This document shows, piece after piece, positions 52,224-64,000 of a stretch of DNA of 64,000 nucleotides. The notes below the pieces were generated by a model. That model saw only the letters and a list, made by a program, of their open reading frames with translations. It did no database searches and was not told where the DNA came from. Position numbers and translations under genes: made by a program. The stretch comes from Eledone cirrhosa (lineage: Eukaryota): assembly GCA_964016885.1 (NCBI GenBank), contig OZ024741.1:393142001-393206000 (forward strand). Direction: 5' to 3'. Numbering within the stretch: the stretch's first letter is position 1; each line of letters begins with the position of its first letter.

Positions 52224-53893
52224 TCAGGGCTCTGTTCTTAGCCCCCTACTATTCATTATTGCTCTTCAGGCTATAACAGAGGAGTTCAAGACCGGCTGCC
52301 CATGGGAACTCCTATACGCAGATGACCTAACGCTCATAGCTGAATCAATGGCCGAGCTAGAGAAGAAATTCCAAACATGGAAGCACGGCCTAGAATCAAA
52401 AGGCCTTAAAATTAACATGGCTAAGACTAAAGTTCTAGTTTGTAGGAAAGAAAATAAGGCGCTGGTCCCTTCCGGGAAATGGCCATGCTCAGTGTGTAGG
52501 AAAGGCGTAGGTAGAAACTCCATTTTATGTCCCAAATGCAAAGTATGGGTGCATAAAAGATGTAGTGGGATCACAGGTAAGCTAACTAAGAACACAGATT
52601 TTACATGTGGCCGGTGCTCTGGTGCAATAAGTAGCAGCAAGTGCCCACAAAATACTAGCTCTTTCAACTGCGCAGAGGGTTCTATAGAAATAGTGGACAG
52701 CTTCCGTTACCTGGGTGACAAAATCAGCAGTGGGGGAGGGTGCTCCGAAAGTACAGTAGCTAGAGTCAGAACTGGATGGAAAAAGTTCAGAGAGCTTATA
52801 CCACTATTAGCCGCTAAAGGGTTCTCCCTAAAAGTGAAAGGCAGGTTGTATGATGCCTGCATACGAACAGCAATGTTGCATGGCAGTGAGACCTGGGCAT
52901 TGTGTGCAGAGGATATACGCAGACTAGAGAGGAACGAAGCTTGCATGCTCCGCTGGATGTGTAATAGTAATATACGCGAACGGCAAAGCATAAACGAACT
53001 AAGGAAAAAATTAGAAATAAGAGGGATCAGATGTTGTTTACTCGAGAGAAGGCTACGTTGGTATGGTCACGTGATGCGCATGAAAGACGACAGCTGTATA
53101 ACAAAGTGCAGGGCAATAAAGATAGATGGTAGCCACGGAGTAGGCAGACCCAGAAAAACCTGGGACGAGCTGATAAATTCCGACCTCACACACTTACACC
53201 TCTCCAAGACAATGTCACTGGACCGAGACCTTTGGCGGTACTCAGTAACAGAGAAGACCCGCGTTACCTAAATACAAAGTAAAACCTACTACAGTCAGTA
53301 GGCATCTCTAACAAAATACACCCCCGTCTCACCACCCCCACCCCATCCACACCGCCCCTTTCAATGTAAAGTTATGTTGGTGCCATAAAATCCAGGCCGA
53401 AACAAATGAGATCGTGTAGGTGTCACGAAAAAAAAAACACACAGTCCACGCTGTAATGTGACCATGTAGGCAACACAGTAAAAACCTCCCAGTTCCACAC
53501 TGTAAATGTGGTTGGTGTTAGGAAGGGCATCCAGCTGTAGAAAACCTGCCAGACAGTCCACGCTGTAATGTGGCCGTGTAGGCAACACGGTAAAAACCTC
53601 CCAGACCCACACTGTAAATGTGGTTGGTGTTAGGAAGGGCATCCAGCTGTAGAAAACCTGCCAGACAGTCCACGCTGTAATGTGGCCGTGTAGGCAACAT
53701 GGTAAAAACGTCCCAGTCCCACACTGTAAATGTGGTTGGTGTTAGGAAGGGCATCCAACTGTAGAAAACCCGCCAGACAGTCCTATGCGAGCAAGACAAC
53801 CACTCTTGCCTCAAGTGGAAAAACTCCCGTCCAAACCCATGCTAGTATGGAACACGGACGTTAAACGATGATGATGATGATGATGATGATGAT
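52224..53893 (+). mobile_element. Same young RTE LINE family; 3'UTR contains a 112-bp unit x3 (53441-53776)
   Basis: ORF from QGSVLSPLLF is near-identical to the 6951 copy; starts at (TA)n; (GAT)n tail. Confidence 0.96.
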
Positions 53894-55043
53894 ATTTGGA
53901 GAGAGAGTTTTTTCCAAAATACATTTGAACAATGCATTCCAGGCAAGTCTGGTATATTACTACAATAACTATTCTACATTCATGAAAGCCAGTACACACA
54001 CATTGTTAGCCATAACACATAAATTGTTTTATAAAAACTACTGATACCAAGGACCTCTTTCAGCTGACTCCCTCCTCCCACATAGCCATGAATTGAAACT
54101 TTCATTACTAATTTACAGTTCAGAGATTAGTTTTAAGAAGGGCATCAACCTAAAAATAATTGCTTCAACAAAAACAAATTAATCTATGTTAGATGTGTCT
54201 GATGAGTATAAGATGACAATTTCAATTTGTTTAAAATTGGAATAGTATTTGAACAGTAGGAAAAATAACCAATAACCTGCACTTTTCATTTTTCGTTTAT
54301 TATAGTCACTGGAGATGAATTTATAATCATAAATTCAAATAGAATACTTCACTGGATAATCACCAAAGAATCTGCAATACTACCACTAGCACTATGCTTA
54401 TCTGTATGTGACTGTAATTATTTCAGCTAGAAATATATTACCTATGCAGGGTTAGAAAACTGAACACAAAATTATTTATTATCAAGAAAAAAAAATAGTA
54501 ACATGTTAGTTAACAAAAAGAAAGGAAAAAGATAAAATTGGTCAAAACAATGAGTAAAGCATATTGATTTTATATAAAGCACAGATTTGTACATGCAAGA
54601 ATTGAAATAAAACATCCATTTCACATCCAAAATGTTAAACATGTAATGAATTACAATTAGAAATTATTTGTTAGTTCACAAATCTATTTTGAATTTCTTA
54701 TTAGTCAAGAGAATTTTTAAATATTTAAGTTCATCAGGAAAATTTTTAAATATTTAATAAGCATACATAAGTATACACAAACTTAAAACCTTAGAAATAT
54801 CCCATGAAGTATAGAATCAATGAGATGACTGTGATATCAAGGAGAACGTTTCAGTTGTAACAACAGAAATTAATTCCTAACCTACAATTATCTAGAAACT
54901 CTCTTTTGGCATGTAAATGGATTTGACCTTTGACCAATACTGTGTATACAAGTGAGTGTATGTGTTGTGTGTAAGTACATATATAAACATTAACATGTAG
55001 GTATAGGAAGAAATAAATAGATGTGTGTAGTTATAAAACTTAC

Positions 55044-55289
55044 ATTGAAGTCTGTAGTCTTTTCTCGCTCTCTCTCCCTATGTTTATCTCTGGTTTGCCT
55101 TATATTAGCGAAATTTGGCCGGTACTCAGGAACGTTGTCAGTAATTTGAATATGAATCTCATTCATTTCATTATTAGGTACAGTGGACATTCGCTCAAGC
55201 CGATGCTGCCCACCTGTTGAACCCACTGCATGCATAGACCGGCGACTTCGATACACACTGTCGATGCATAGATCTCCATTCTCATCCTG
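55044..55289 (-). CDS. CCDC9: CCDC9-like gene, internal coding exon ((Q)DENGDLCIDSVYRSRRSMHAV...REREKTTDFN)
   Basis: TAGCAG acceptor (exon end 55289 or 55286), GTAAGT donor, 246/243 nt open, phase 0-0. Matches ORF 54990..55256(-); CpG-containing, unique-looking sequence. Confidence 0.7.
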
Positions 55290-56519
55290 CTATCCATTGA
55301 TGATCACAGCAGCACAAGTAGGATTAAAGAAGAACAACCAGTATAAGCAGCCATATTACAGTCCATTACCAATAGTAAGAAAAGAAATATTGTGAAAAGC
55401 ACAACAAAAATAATTATAAAAGTTTTTAAAGCATCAGGTATAGGAGAAAAAGAGAATTTATGATATTCATGCCTTTCTAGAAAGGAATGGTTCTAATTGA
55501 AAATTGAAGCAGAGACTCAAGGTTTGGTTTTCTGAGAACCTATTACTACACAAAAATACTACCTGCATATGATGCTATCAAGAAAATCAAAATTCAATTC
55601 AATGATCAATCAACATGCAATTTCTAAGTAAATGTTTAAAGGCTACAAGTTACTAGTTAGTTAGTTATTGCCTCTAATGAAATTTGCCTAAAAAGGACTC
55701 TACATACATATTCTCACCAGCTTTGTCTATTCTGTGCTTTGGTTTCAACCTCTGCTAATTTTGATCTCTTACTCTACATTGTTCTCAGCTATGTGGGTCT
55801 AGGTCTTTATCTTTTTCTGGTAATGTGAATTGTCCATTTTACTACTTGTGGTTACCCAATAACCGTCATTTACTCCTCATTATGATACTTTCATTATATC
55901 TTAAATCACTTTTCTTACAAAATCATGTCATTTCTTTCTAATATTTTGATGACTCTCTTTCATATATCAAAACACTTCTTATTAGTTCAATTTTCATATG
56001 AAGCAACAATCGATATGATTTCCATACATTTGAAAGCTTGGTTTACTTTCTTAAAATCTCCTATTAAATTCAGTTTCTTCTTATTTGATGAAGCTTTTTT
56101 TCATGTTTCAAAATAAAACAAACCCCAAAAATCAAAGTCCACAAAATGCTAGCCATAAATCCATTAATTTCCTTTTCTTCCACCTCAGATTGCTTCCTTC
56201 ACAACATAGTTTATTAGCACTTCACATCCAACCTCAAATTCATTTCAGAGCTGCCAGTCTTCTTTTATACAACATTTATGCCCTTAATATATTGCACCTA
56301 ATAGACTGACATACTCTTCCAGCAAACAATAGTAATGTAGTAGTACCTTCCAGACTAAACCATAACCTTATGTACACCTACAAAGGTTATTTGAATTCAA
56401 TTGTTATTTAATGAACCTGAGCAAAAATATCTGGTCACTACAACCTTGTGCTGGAAGCCTGCTAGTTCTTTTATTTCACTCTATAAGATCCTTTATTCAA
56501 GAACTTTCAATAGTCTCGT

Positions 56520-57805
56520 TGGTGAAGCCCCATTTATTTGTCAAACAGCCTGCTAACTGTTGTTTTGTGTTTACCTACTGTACAGTTTGGACAAGTCCAT
56601 TCTCTTCCATTTCCTTGATTCCACTGATCTCCAACCACAATCTCTTCTCAGTCACTGATTTATTAGAGTGTACTACATCATACAAGGAGTGACAGTCTGT
56701 GATGCACAAAACTGCTGGATTTTGTTATCCACTTAATTCTCTAAATAACGGTGACAGAAAGACACCCATGTCAATTCCATCAGCTATTGCCAGTGTTTCA
56801 CCAGCAAATGTGCTGTGCACAACATATTTTCTTTGAATTCCAACAAAAAGATAACACTTTACCACAAACTTCAGTGAGAAAGATCACATGTCCTCCTTGC
56901 TAGATTCCCGAAAATAGGTTCTGATATTTCAGACACACTTTTCAGATTTTATTTTTCTGATGACCTTGTAAACTGCAACCACATGTTCTACTTTAGCATT
57001 TTTAAAACTAGTTGCAAGCTTACATGCATCAAAGATAACATCTGGTCTGTTTTGCTTTGCTACCCATAATATCTGTCCAATCTTTGATCTCAAAGTCTGC
57101 CTTTCAATATCATTCAATATTGTATAGCTTTACAAATTGTTTCTTTTGATCCATTTTGCTGAACAGGATTTCTGCTTGTGGTATAGTTTCCTTCTAATCA
57201 GTACTATCATGCACATTGAGTATTTCTGTATTTGATTCAATGTTTCTGTTTTGTTTTCTGTCTTTCCTTCTAATATCTATGCAGTAGAGACCAGTTGAAG
57301 TCAAATCAAGAACCTCAGGTTTGTCAAACATCATTACCTGATCATTTGGTAAATCTAGAACAGTTTTAGCCTTCTTAAAAGAAGGTTTTCCAAGTAACAA
57401 GAGAATAACTGAGTCTATAACTTTTCTGTGTGGAGACATTCTTTTTCCCAGTGAAAAATTGAATGACATATAATACAACATCTTTTCCCCAATTTATTCA
57501 TGGGATTAGTTCCCCTCTCAGTCTGATAATTATACCTTGATCTACTATTCCTCAATCATGAAAATGCTGAACTTTGTTCTGTCTCTGTCCAAATTTACTA
57601 TTTCCACTGTAGAATTCTAATTCTTGTTTAACAGCTACTGTTGAATCTGAAGCTTGTTCATTTTGACCTCCAAATATTCTTTTTAAGGCTGACTTCATAG
57701 AATCAAATTTTCTGCCCTGTGCTGCAGTTAACACAAGTTGCTTTTCTTTCTGTGATAAACTTGAACTATCAAGCAACTTGAACAATAATACTACATCTGG
57801 TAACA
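56520..57805 (-). mobile_element. Internally deleted Ty1/copia relic (GalEa-like)
   Basis: Gag-like LPDVVLLFKLLDS..L...EKQLVLT; RT-like LRSKIGQILWVA.Q.RPD; RNase H-like STFAGETLAI.DG, TDC.SL.D, EKRL..EI..IKE, QLA.CLT. Confidence 0.78.
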
Positions 57806-59413
57806 CTCATTATTATCATATTCAATATTACCAGCTGTTAAATCTAAGATAATTAGTATTAACAAAGCAAGAAATAAACAAAAGTAGAAAATCAACATGC
57901 TGATTGAAGCTTGTAAATATAATAAGAAAAATATAAAATATGCAACTGTCATGCTATTCAAACCAAAACAAAACATTTAAAATGAACATGTTTACATCTG
58001 CAGATACAGTTTTATTATCACAAAAATAAAATGCATTCACAAACATATAATGCTCTCAATGTCTTATATGAATGTATGCCCAGTGTGTACATGTAATTCC
58101 TTAAAAGATTAAAATTTTGTTAAATATTTTAATCTTAGAAATTCAGAGAACTTCTATATTTATTTTCAGTGTATATTTTTTGCTTACCTAATAAAAATTA
58201 TACCCAATGTCACCCACAATAGGGAACATTTTTTTCTCCATAAGTTTGAATCATATTTATTTCATTTATTATAAATTGAGAATTGCTCGAAGAAATTTGT
58301 TAAAAACTAAAATAATAAACACTTATTACATAGCATCCATTCAAAAGTATAAAGTACACACATATTTACCAAAGGGAATGAATGCTACAGTTTAAGATCC
58401 AAAGCATGTTCAAGAAAATCCATGTTAAAAGAATTATGATTCAACAAAAATGAGAAAATTATCAAGTTATGATAAAGAATAATGTAAATTTTTTTGTCGT
58501 TTCCTTAATACATATTATCTTAGTGAATGACTGGTATTTATTTCATGAGATATCATCATCATCATAATCATTATTGTCATCATCATTTTCAATCTGTTTC
58601 CCATCTTACTTCCTTCCTAGATGGGACAGAGATGATATCCCACTTATACATTCTATTTCTGGCATGCTGTCTATGGAAGGGTACCTGTTGTATTAACACC
58701 TTACAGGGTGTATTGGATGCATCATATCATGGCAGCAGATAATATCCAGAAAATAAAGAAATCATTTAAAATTAATAGAATGATTTTTGTATGTTTTATT
58801 TTGATATTTATTTTCTTTAGTTAATCCAATCAAAATGTCTACTCAAGGCTATTAAGCAGTGTTTTATATATTGTAAAACATCTGGCTTACGCCTTAATAT
58901 TTTATGCTCTCATGGCTATTTTATTTGATTGCTTTTCATCTAATTTTCCATGATTGAATGAGTAAAATATATTATCAGTCTGATACACAAACAAAAGTAT
59001 CACTTCATTGTAAAGTAGTTAGCATCAGAAATAATTCTAAGATTAGGACATCAATTCCAAATATAAAAATTTGAAATTGCAGAGCTACCCAGGGATTGTA
59101 AAATATACTAGAAATTGAACATATAAAAACTAATCTAATTAAAATTGATAAAATAAAAGAATTATTAATCTTTAATTAAGGACAATCTTCATGAAGGTTA
59201 AATACATAAAATTTACTGGGTAAACTAAAAGTTTCTCAAGAACTTCAAATAACTATTCCAATAAGGAATTAAATCCAGGCCATAGATAGAGTTCTCCAAG
59301 AATTTCCTACAGTAAACTCCTGTCGAGTTAATAAAGTAAATGAAAAAATTACTAAGTTATGTAACTATTACTACAAAATTAAGATCAAAGATGACCACAC
59401 CAAGTGAGAAATG

Positions 59414-60420
59414 CAATGTCAGGTTTGACTACTTTGGATGGCAACAGGCCACCTTGGCTGTTAGAAATGGTGGCCTTGGTCTCTGGACTTGCTGGCTTTG
59501 CCGGCATTTCTTTCATCAGTAACCTCTTGCTGTGTCCTCATCATACAATGGAACCCACTGCGATCAAGGAATGTGAGGCCACCTGTGAAACTTGGAAATG
59601 GCTCGGACTTTGCCCTGTAGTTGCCTCTTCTTTTCTTCTCCCTGTTAACATCAGATCCCCCCCCCCCCCCCCCCAGATTATATGAGAAGCCATCCAGTGC
59701 GGCATGGCCTCGGACAGGCTAGCACACCAGCTCGACCAGCACCTCGTCATACATTTCTGCTCAGCCTCACAACCCCACAGTGGTGCCTGGCTCAATGTCG
59801 TATCCTTTTTCGACTGGCACACAGCTGGACAATGATATCCTGCAAATTGGTGTTTCCTTGAGAATTGACCTCCGGATCTGCGGGCCACACAAATGTCACT
59901 GCAGATTTTTTTCAGCCTCCACCAGCTTCCTGGTCACCTTCTATGCCACGCTGCTCTCAATGAGATCATAAAGCATGGCTTGAATGCTGCAGTCTTTCAC
60001 TTCCAGCTCGAGTCGGTGGGGCTGGACTGAGGGGAGGGGAAAAAGGACAGACGACAAGACCATCTTCCTGTTCCACGGTGGTAAACCCCTTGTCTGGGAT
60101 GCCACATGCAGCAACACATTCTCCATCGGTAACATGGTGTAGTCTGTGATTCACCCAGACTCTGCTGCACTTTAGACTGAGGAGGATAAACTCTCCAAAT
60201 ATCAGTCACTCTCCGACAAGTTTGCTGTCAAGTCCATAGCAGTGGAGATTTCTGGTTTCCTTAGCTCTAGGACCACCTCCCTACTCACCACCATTAGCAC
60301 GGAGTTGGCTGCCTGCAGATGTGAACCTCGCGAGCTGGAATGGCTCTTCCAATGCATCTCCCTCATCATTCTCTTGGGAGATGCCTTCTCTATTCTGTCA
60401 GCCAGGACCGCGGGGTGGCC
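59414..60420 (+). mobile_element. Degenerate CRE-clade-like non-LTR retrotransposon 3' part
   Basis: WQQATLAVRNGGLGL, HSGAWLN, H.ALNEII, GKPLVWDATC, KLSKY, IAVE.SG, LFQCIS+.+..G.A (REL domain pattern). Confidence 0.78.
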
Positions 60421-60852
60421 AGCGAGTGGGCTCCCATTTGCATATAATAGTGAGAGATGGGGGGAGCGAAAGAGATGGAAGCAGTGAGTGAAAAAGAGAG
60501 AACATCAATGCACACATGCACTTGATAAGACAAGACAGTTGAGAAGAAAGTAACCAGCTCAGTTGCATTCACACAAATATATCTCTACACATACACTAAA
60601 TCCACATATACAACATTACACCAATTTACATAGTTATTACTAAAAAATCAAGATCAAAGATGATCACATCAATGGGAAATCTTAAGCTGTAATGTAATAA
60701 ATATTCTGAAACTTTCTTCATACAGTAAAGAAGAATCGTTAAAGACACATCTAATATAAGATGAATCATTATTAAAAATACCTAATGTGTAACAAAGTAA
60801 TTTATAGATACTTCAATGCAACTAAATAAAACATTTACAATGAAATACATAC

Positions 60853-60945
60853 CAAGGACTTTGGTCGTTCTTTGATTCTGTTACCTGGGCCTTTGCCACG
60901 TGCAGGTGGTTTTGGTCTCCGCTTGATTTCCAATTCAGAAAGAAT
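60853..60945 (-). CDS. CCDC9: CCDC9-like gene, internal coding exon (ILSELEIKRRPKPPARGKGPGNRIKERPKSL)
   Basis: Minus strand: T-rich tract + CAG acceptor, GTATGT donor, 93 nt open, phase 0-0, compatible with downstream exons. Assigned to CCDC9 by position and phase, not by motif. Confidence 0.7.
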
Positions 60946-63900
60946 CTGAAATGTTGAATTTAAAAGAAGAGATGTAGTAACAATTCAATCAGCAAATATT
61001 TAACCCTAGATTTTATATCCTACTATATATTATCAATAAATTTTTAAAATAACCCCTCTTATCTCTGCACTGTAGAAAAGGAAACAAATGGTGGATTGCA
61101 TGTCTCAGATAAAGCAAAGATCCCCAGCAAAAGTAATATGGAAATCATATTGCTAAAAATTGATTTCATATATTGATATGAAGTGTTTAAAAGAATGCTT
61201 AACCTTTTTGAAAATGTTAAAAGCAAATTAAAAAATGGAAGAAACCCCAGATATGAAATGGCAAAAAGGAAAGAATTCTTTCAAATTGAAAACTTCAAAA
61301 GTTGCTTACTTATTAATTTAATACAATAACTTTTTGGAAACCCCAAACTAATGTGCTAAATATGTCAGGATATAATGGGCTTAATATTCATTTAGATGCC
61401 TTACTAAATAAGTAAAGTAGAAGTGAAAAAAACAACAAAAAGAAAACAAAATTTAAAATAGTAGGGTTAACTGAACAACTCATGAAACTGAATACCAACA
61501 TTACATTCACAATGCTGGCATTGAGTTACATGTGTTCTGTTTATAAAATGTTCATTAATCACAGCAACAGCAAATCAAACAGCAATTAAAAGTAAATGTA
61601 TTCTTCTGTTTGAAATATATTTGTATTTTATGTTAAGAAGAGAAATAGGTTTTTTCTAGGTTTGAGGATCATTTATTGGAAAAATGAATTTAAATATATA
61701 TTCCTAAATTATCTTTTTGTTTAAACAATTGATTAAAAATTTGCTCTTTAAATGGGAAATCCTCTAGTTCTTGAAAGTAAGACTATAAACTCCTGTGGCA
61801 GTATGTACAACCTTGTATGATTGCTTTCTGTAGTAGGTAGCTAGCTTTACACCTAACTTTCCTTCTCTTATCAACAGTACTGAGCTGAGTATTAAACGCT
61901 CATGAAACACTTGCCTATTTTAGAACTGGCATTGCTAACTGTTCAGAGTTAATTTTTTGGATTAGAAATGTTATGTAGTACTGATGACAGGATATAAATA
62001 TGGAGTGTAATAATTTTGCTGGCAGGGGACCCAAGGGTAGACCCCGGGCAAGATGATTGCTTCTGACAGGACCTACTGGAAGGCGCGCTTACAGACTCTG
62101 TCCCCATGACTCTCCCGGGAATAAGTTGGCAAAGAAGAAGAAAGCTCTAACTCAACACAGGTTTAAACTACATCATAAAAGAAAGACAAAGCCATGCGAG
62201 CTTCTAAAAGAATTCTGAGGGAGCAAAGACAAAGCGACATTGTTTTTTTGTAGCCTTGAACAACCAACAATGAAAACTGAAAATAATTTTATTCATAACA
62301 TCTTATTTCCTTTAATCATTTTTAATTTCTAAATAGGTAGTGTAATAATTTTGAAAAAAAAAACATCTAATTTAACATAGGTTTAAATTACATCATAAAA
62401 GAAAAACAGCATCCTGCAAGCTTGGACACTATACAGGAGAAAAGGAGTCCTTTCGTGGAATGATAAGCTTAGGGACAACAGTATTGTCGTCTTGTACAAA
62501 ATGTTTTTTTTTTTTAAAGTTTAAAATTAAAAATAAGTATGTAAACCTAATAATGTATAAAAAGGAATTAAGAATGCCAAAGAAAACTTTTTAAGACAAA
62601 ATACTAGATACTCCATGTTTGATGAGTAAATTCTTGCTCCCCTTTGTATTATGAAAGAGAGCCTAAAATCCATACAGAAAATATCCTTGGTATCCATTCT
62701 GACAAAATCAGGTTTCATGGAGACAATTTTACTTCACAAGACCTGCAAGGAAACTCAGAACATCAATATGAAGCAAATCAATGCAATAGTTGAGGCATGC
62801 CTTACCAGTTGCATGAACTGCATATGCATGCACTCTATGTAGCTTTCTTGCAAGATCTAGTGCTAGACTAGCATTATGCATGCTTCCCCATGATCAAGAG
62901 GTGGTAAATTCATCAGAGATGAATTAATACAAAATAAGGATTAACAAAATTAAAAATCATTAAAAAAACAGAAGCCACTCTCATAAAGCATATGTGAATC
63001 CTAACTACAGAAAAGGAGCCGTAATTCAGGATCAATTTAGGGAATTAATTCACACACACATATTGAAAACATGATTGCTCAAGTTTTACCATATATCTAT
63101 TGTCAGCCTTAGAGAAAGTACTGTACATCAGACATACAAGAGACCATAACAGCACATTACACTACAGTACACAAACAAATTCTTAATTAACAGCACTATA
63201 CAACCCTGTGAAAATTAAAACATTTTCTCTATGGCTATGAACTGTTTCTTTTCAATATCATGGTAACAGATTAGGAAAAATCTGACGAAACCATAAAACG
63301 GTTCAAAACTGTGAAATCAGTTCAATACTCAAGCTGTACTGCCATGTATTTGGCCCATACTCCCTAACTTTTATTCCACAGCATGACTATATATGTTCTA
63401 AATAATAAAATATACCCCTGTAAAGTAAATAACAAATATATATATATAGAGAGAGAGAGAGAGGAGGGGGAGAACAGTACTTTAGAAAGCCAGGGCAATG
63501 CAGATTAAATATAAATAGGAAAAAGATTAAACTTTTACCTTAAAATATTTAATAATCTTGATATATCAGTGTGTATATGTGTGAATATATAGGGAGAAAT
63601 AGTTTGTTACATGTGTATATATGTAGTTAACTAAACTATTAAACCGATCCCAGTGTTTCAAGAAGGTATCTGTGTGGGTATCAGCAGTCATTGCTGAATG
63701 GAATGAAAGTGGTGGTGTCCGTGTATATGGCCATATATATCACATGTGACATCAGCAGGACAAACTCATTGAACCTTACTGATCTATACATATTTTACAG
63801 GCCCTCACCTATGCATAAAAACTACAATGAACAGGGATAAATTTCATCCTAAATGAAATTATCTCACTCCAAAGTAATTGCATTAAAAGGAAACATTCAT

Positions 63901-64000
63901 TGAATGTGATGGTGTATTTAATCCAAACTACAGGAATTATAAGCAAATAACAATTAACTTTGTAGTTGAAGATGAACCTGTTGCTAGCTGATATAACAGT

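Noticed and set aside
55718-55773. Possible CCDC9 exon with GTGAGA donor (SKRSKLAEVETKAQNRQS)
   Set aside because: No pyrimidine tract, and it ends in phase 2, which is incompatible with the next phase-0 exon.

Overview
AT-rich, repeat-dense eukaryotic (animal) DNA. The RTE LINEs with (GAT)n tails, tRNA/CORE-type SINEs and TA microsatellites suggest an octopus/cephalopod (inference). The window lies inside one minus-strand gene, a CCDC9 (DUF4594) homologue: five phase-compatible exons were read by eye at 60853-60945, 55044-55289, 47632-47883, 45818-45999 and 26844-26893. The N-terminal and C-terminal exons were not found. The introns and flanks hold young and old RTE LINEs (with a PHD-like finger inside the RT), Penelope-like (GIY-YIG) fragments, R4/Dong-like, CRE-like, CR1/L2-like and Jockey-like LINE relics, mariner, DD37D, Tc2-like and piggyBac-like DNA elements, a Helitron fragment and a copia relic. 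The main unexplained signal is a set of about 10 minimal type-I hammerhead ribozyme motifs from several unrelated Penelope-like families, nearly all within foldback (inverted-repeat) elements. One family shows stem-II covariation and an invariant C-C mismatch. Two foldbacks have arms that run into the ribozyme stem I/core, suggesting ribozyme-stem-primed hairpin formation. All calls are by eye, and TE boundaries are approximate unless stated.
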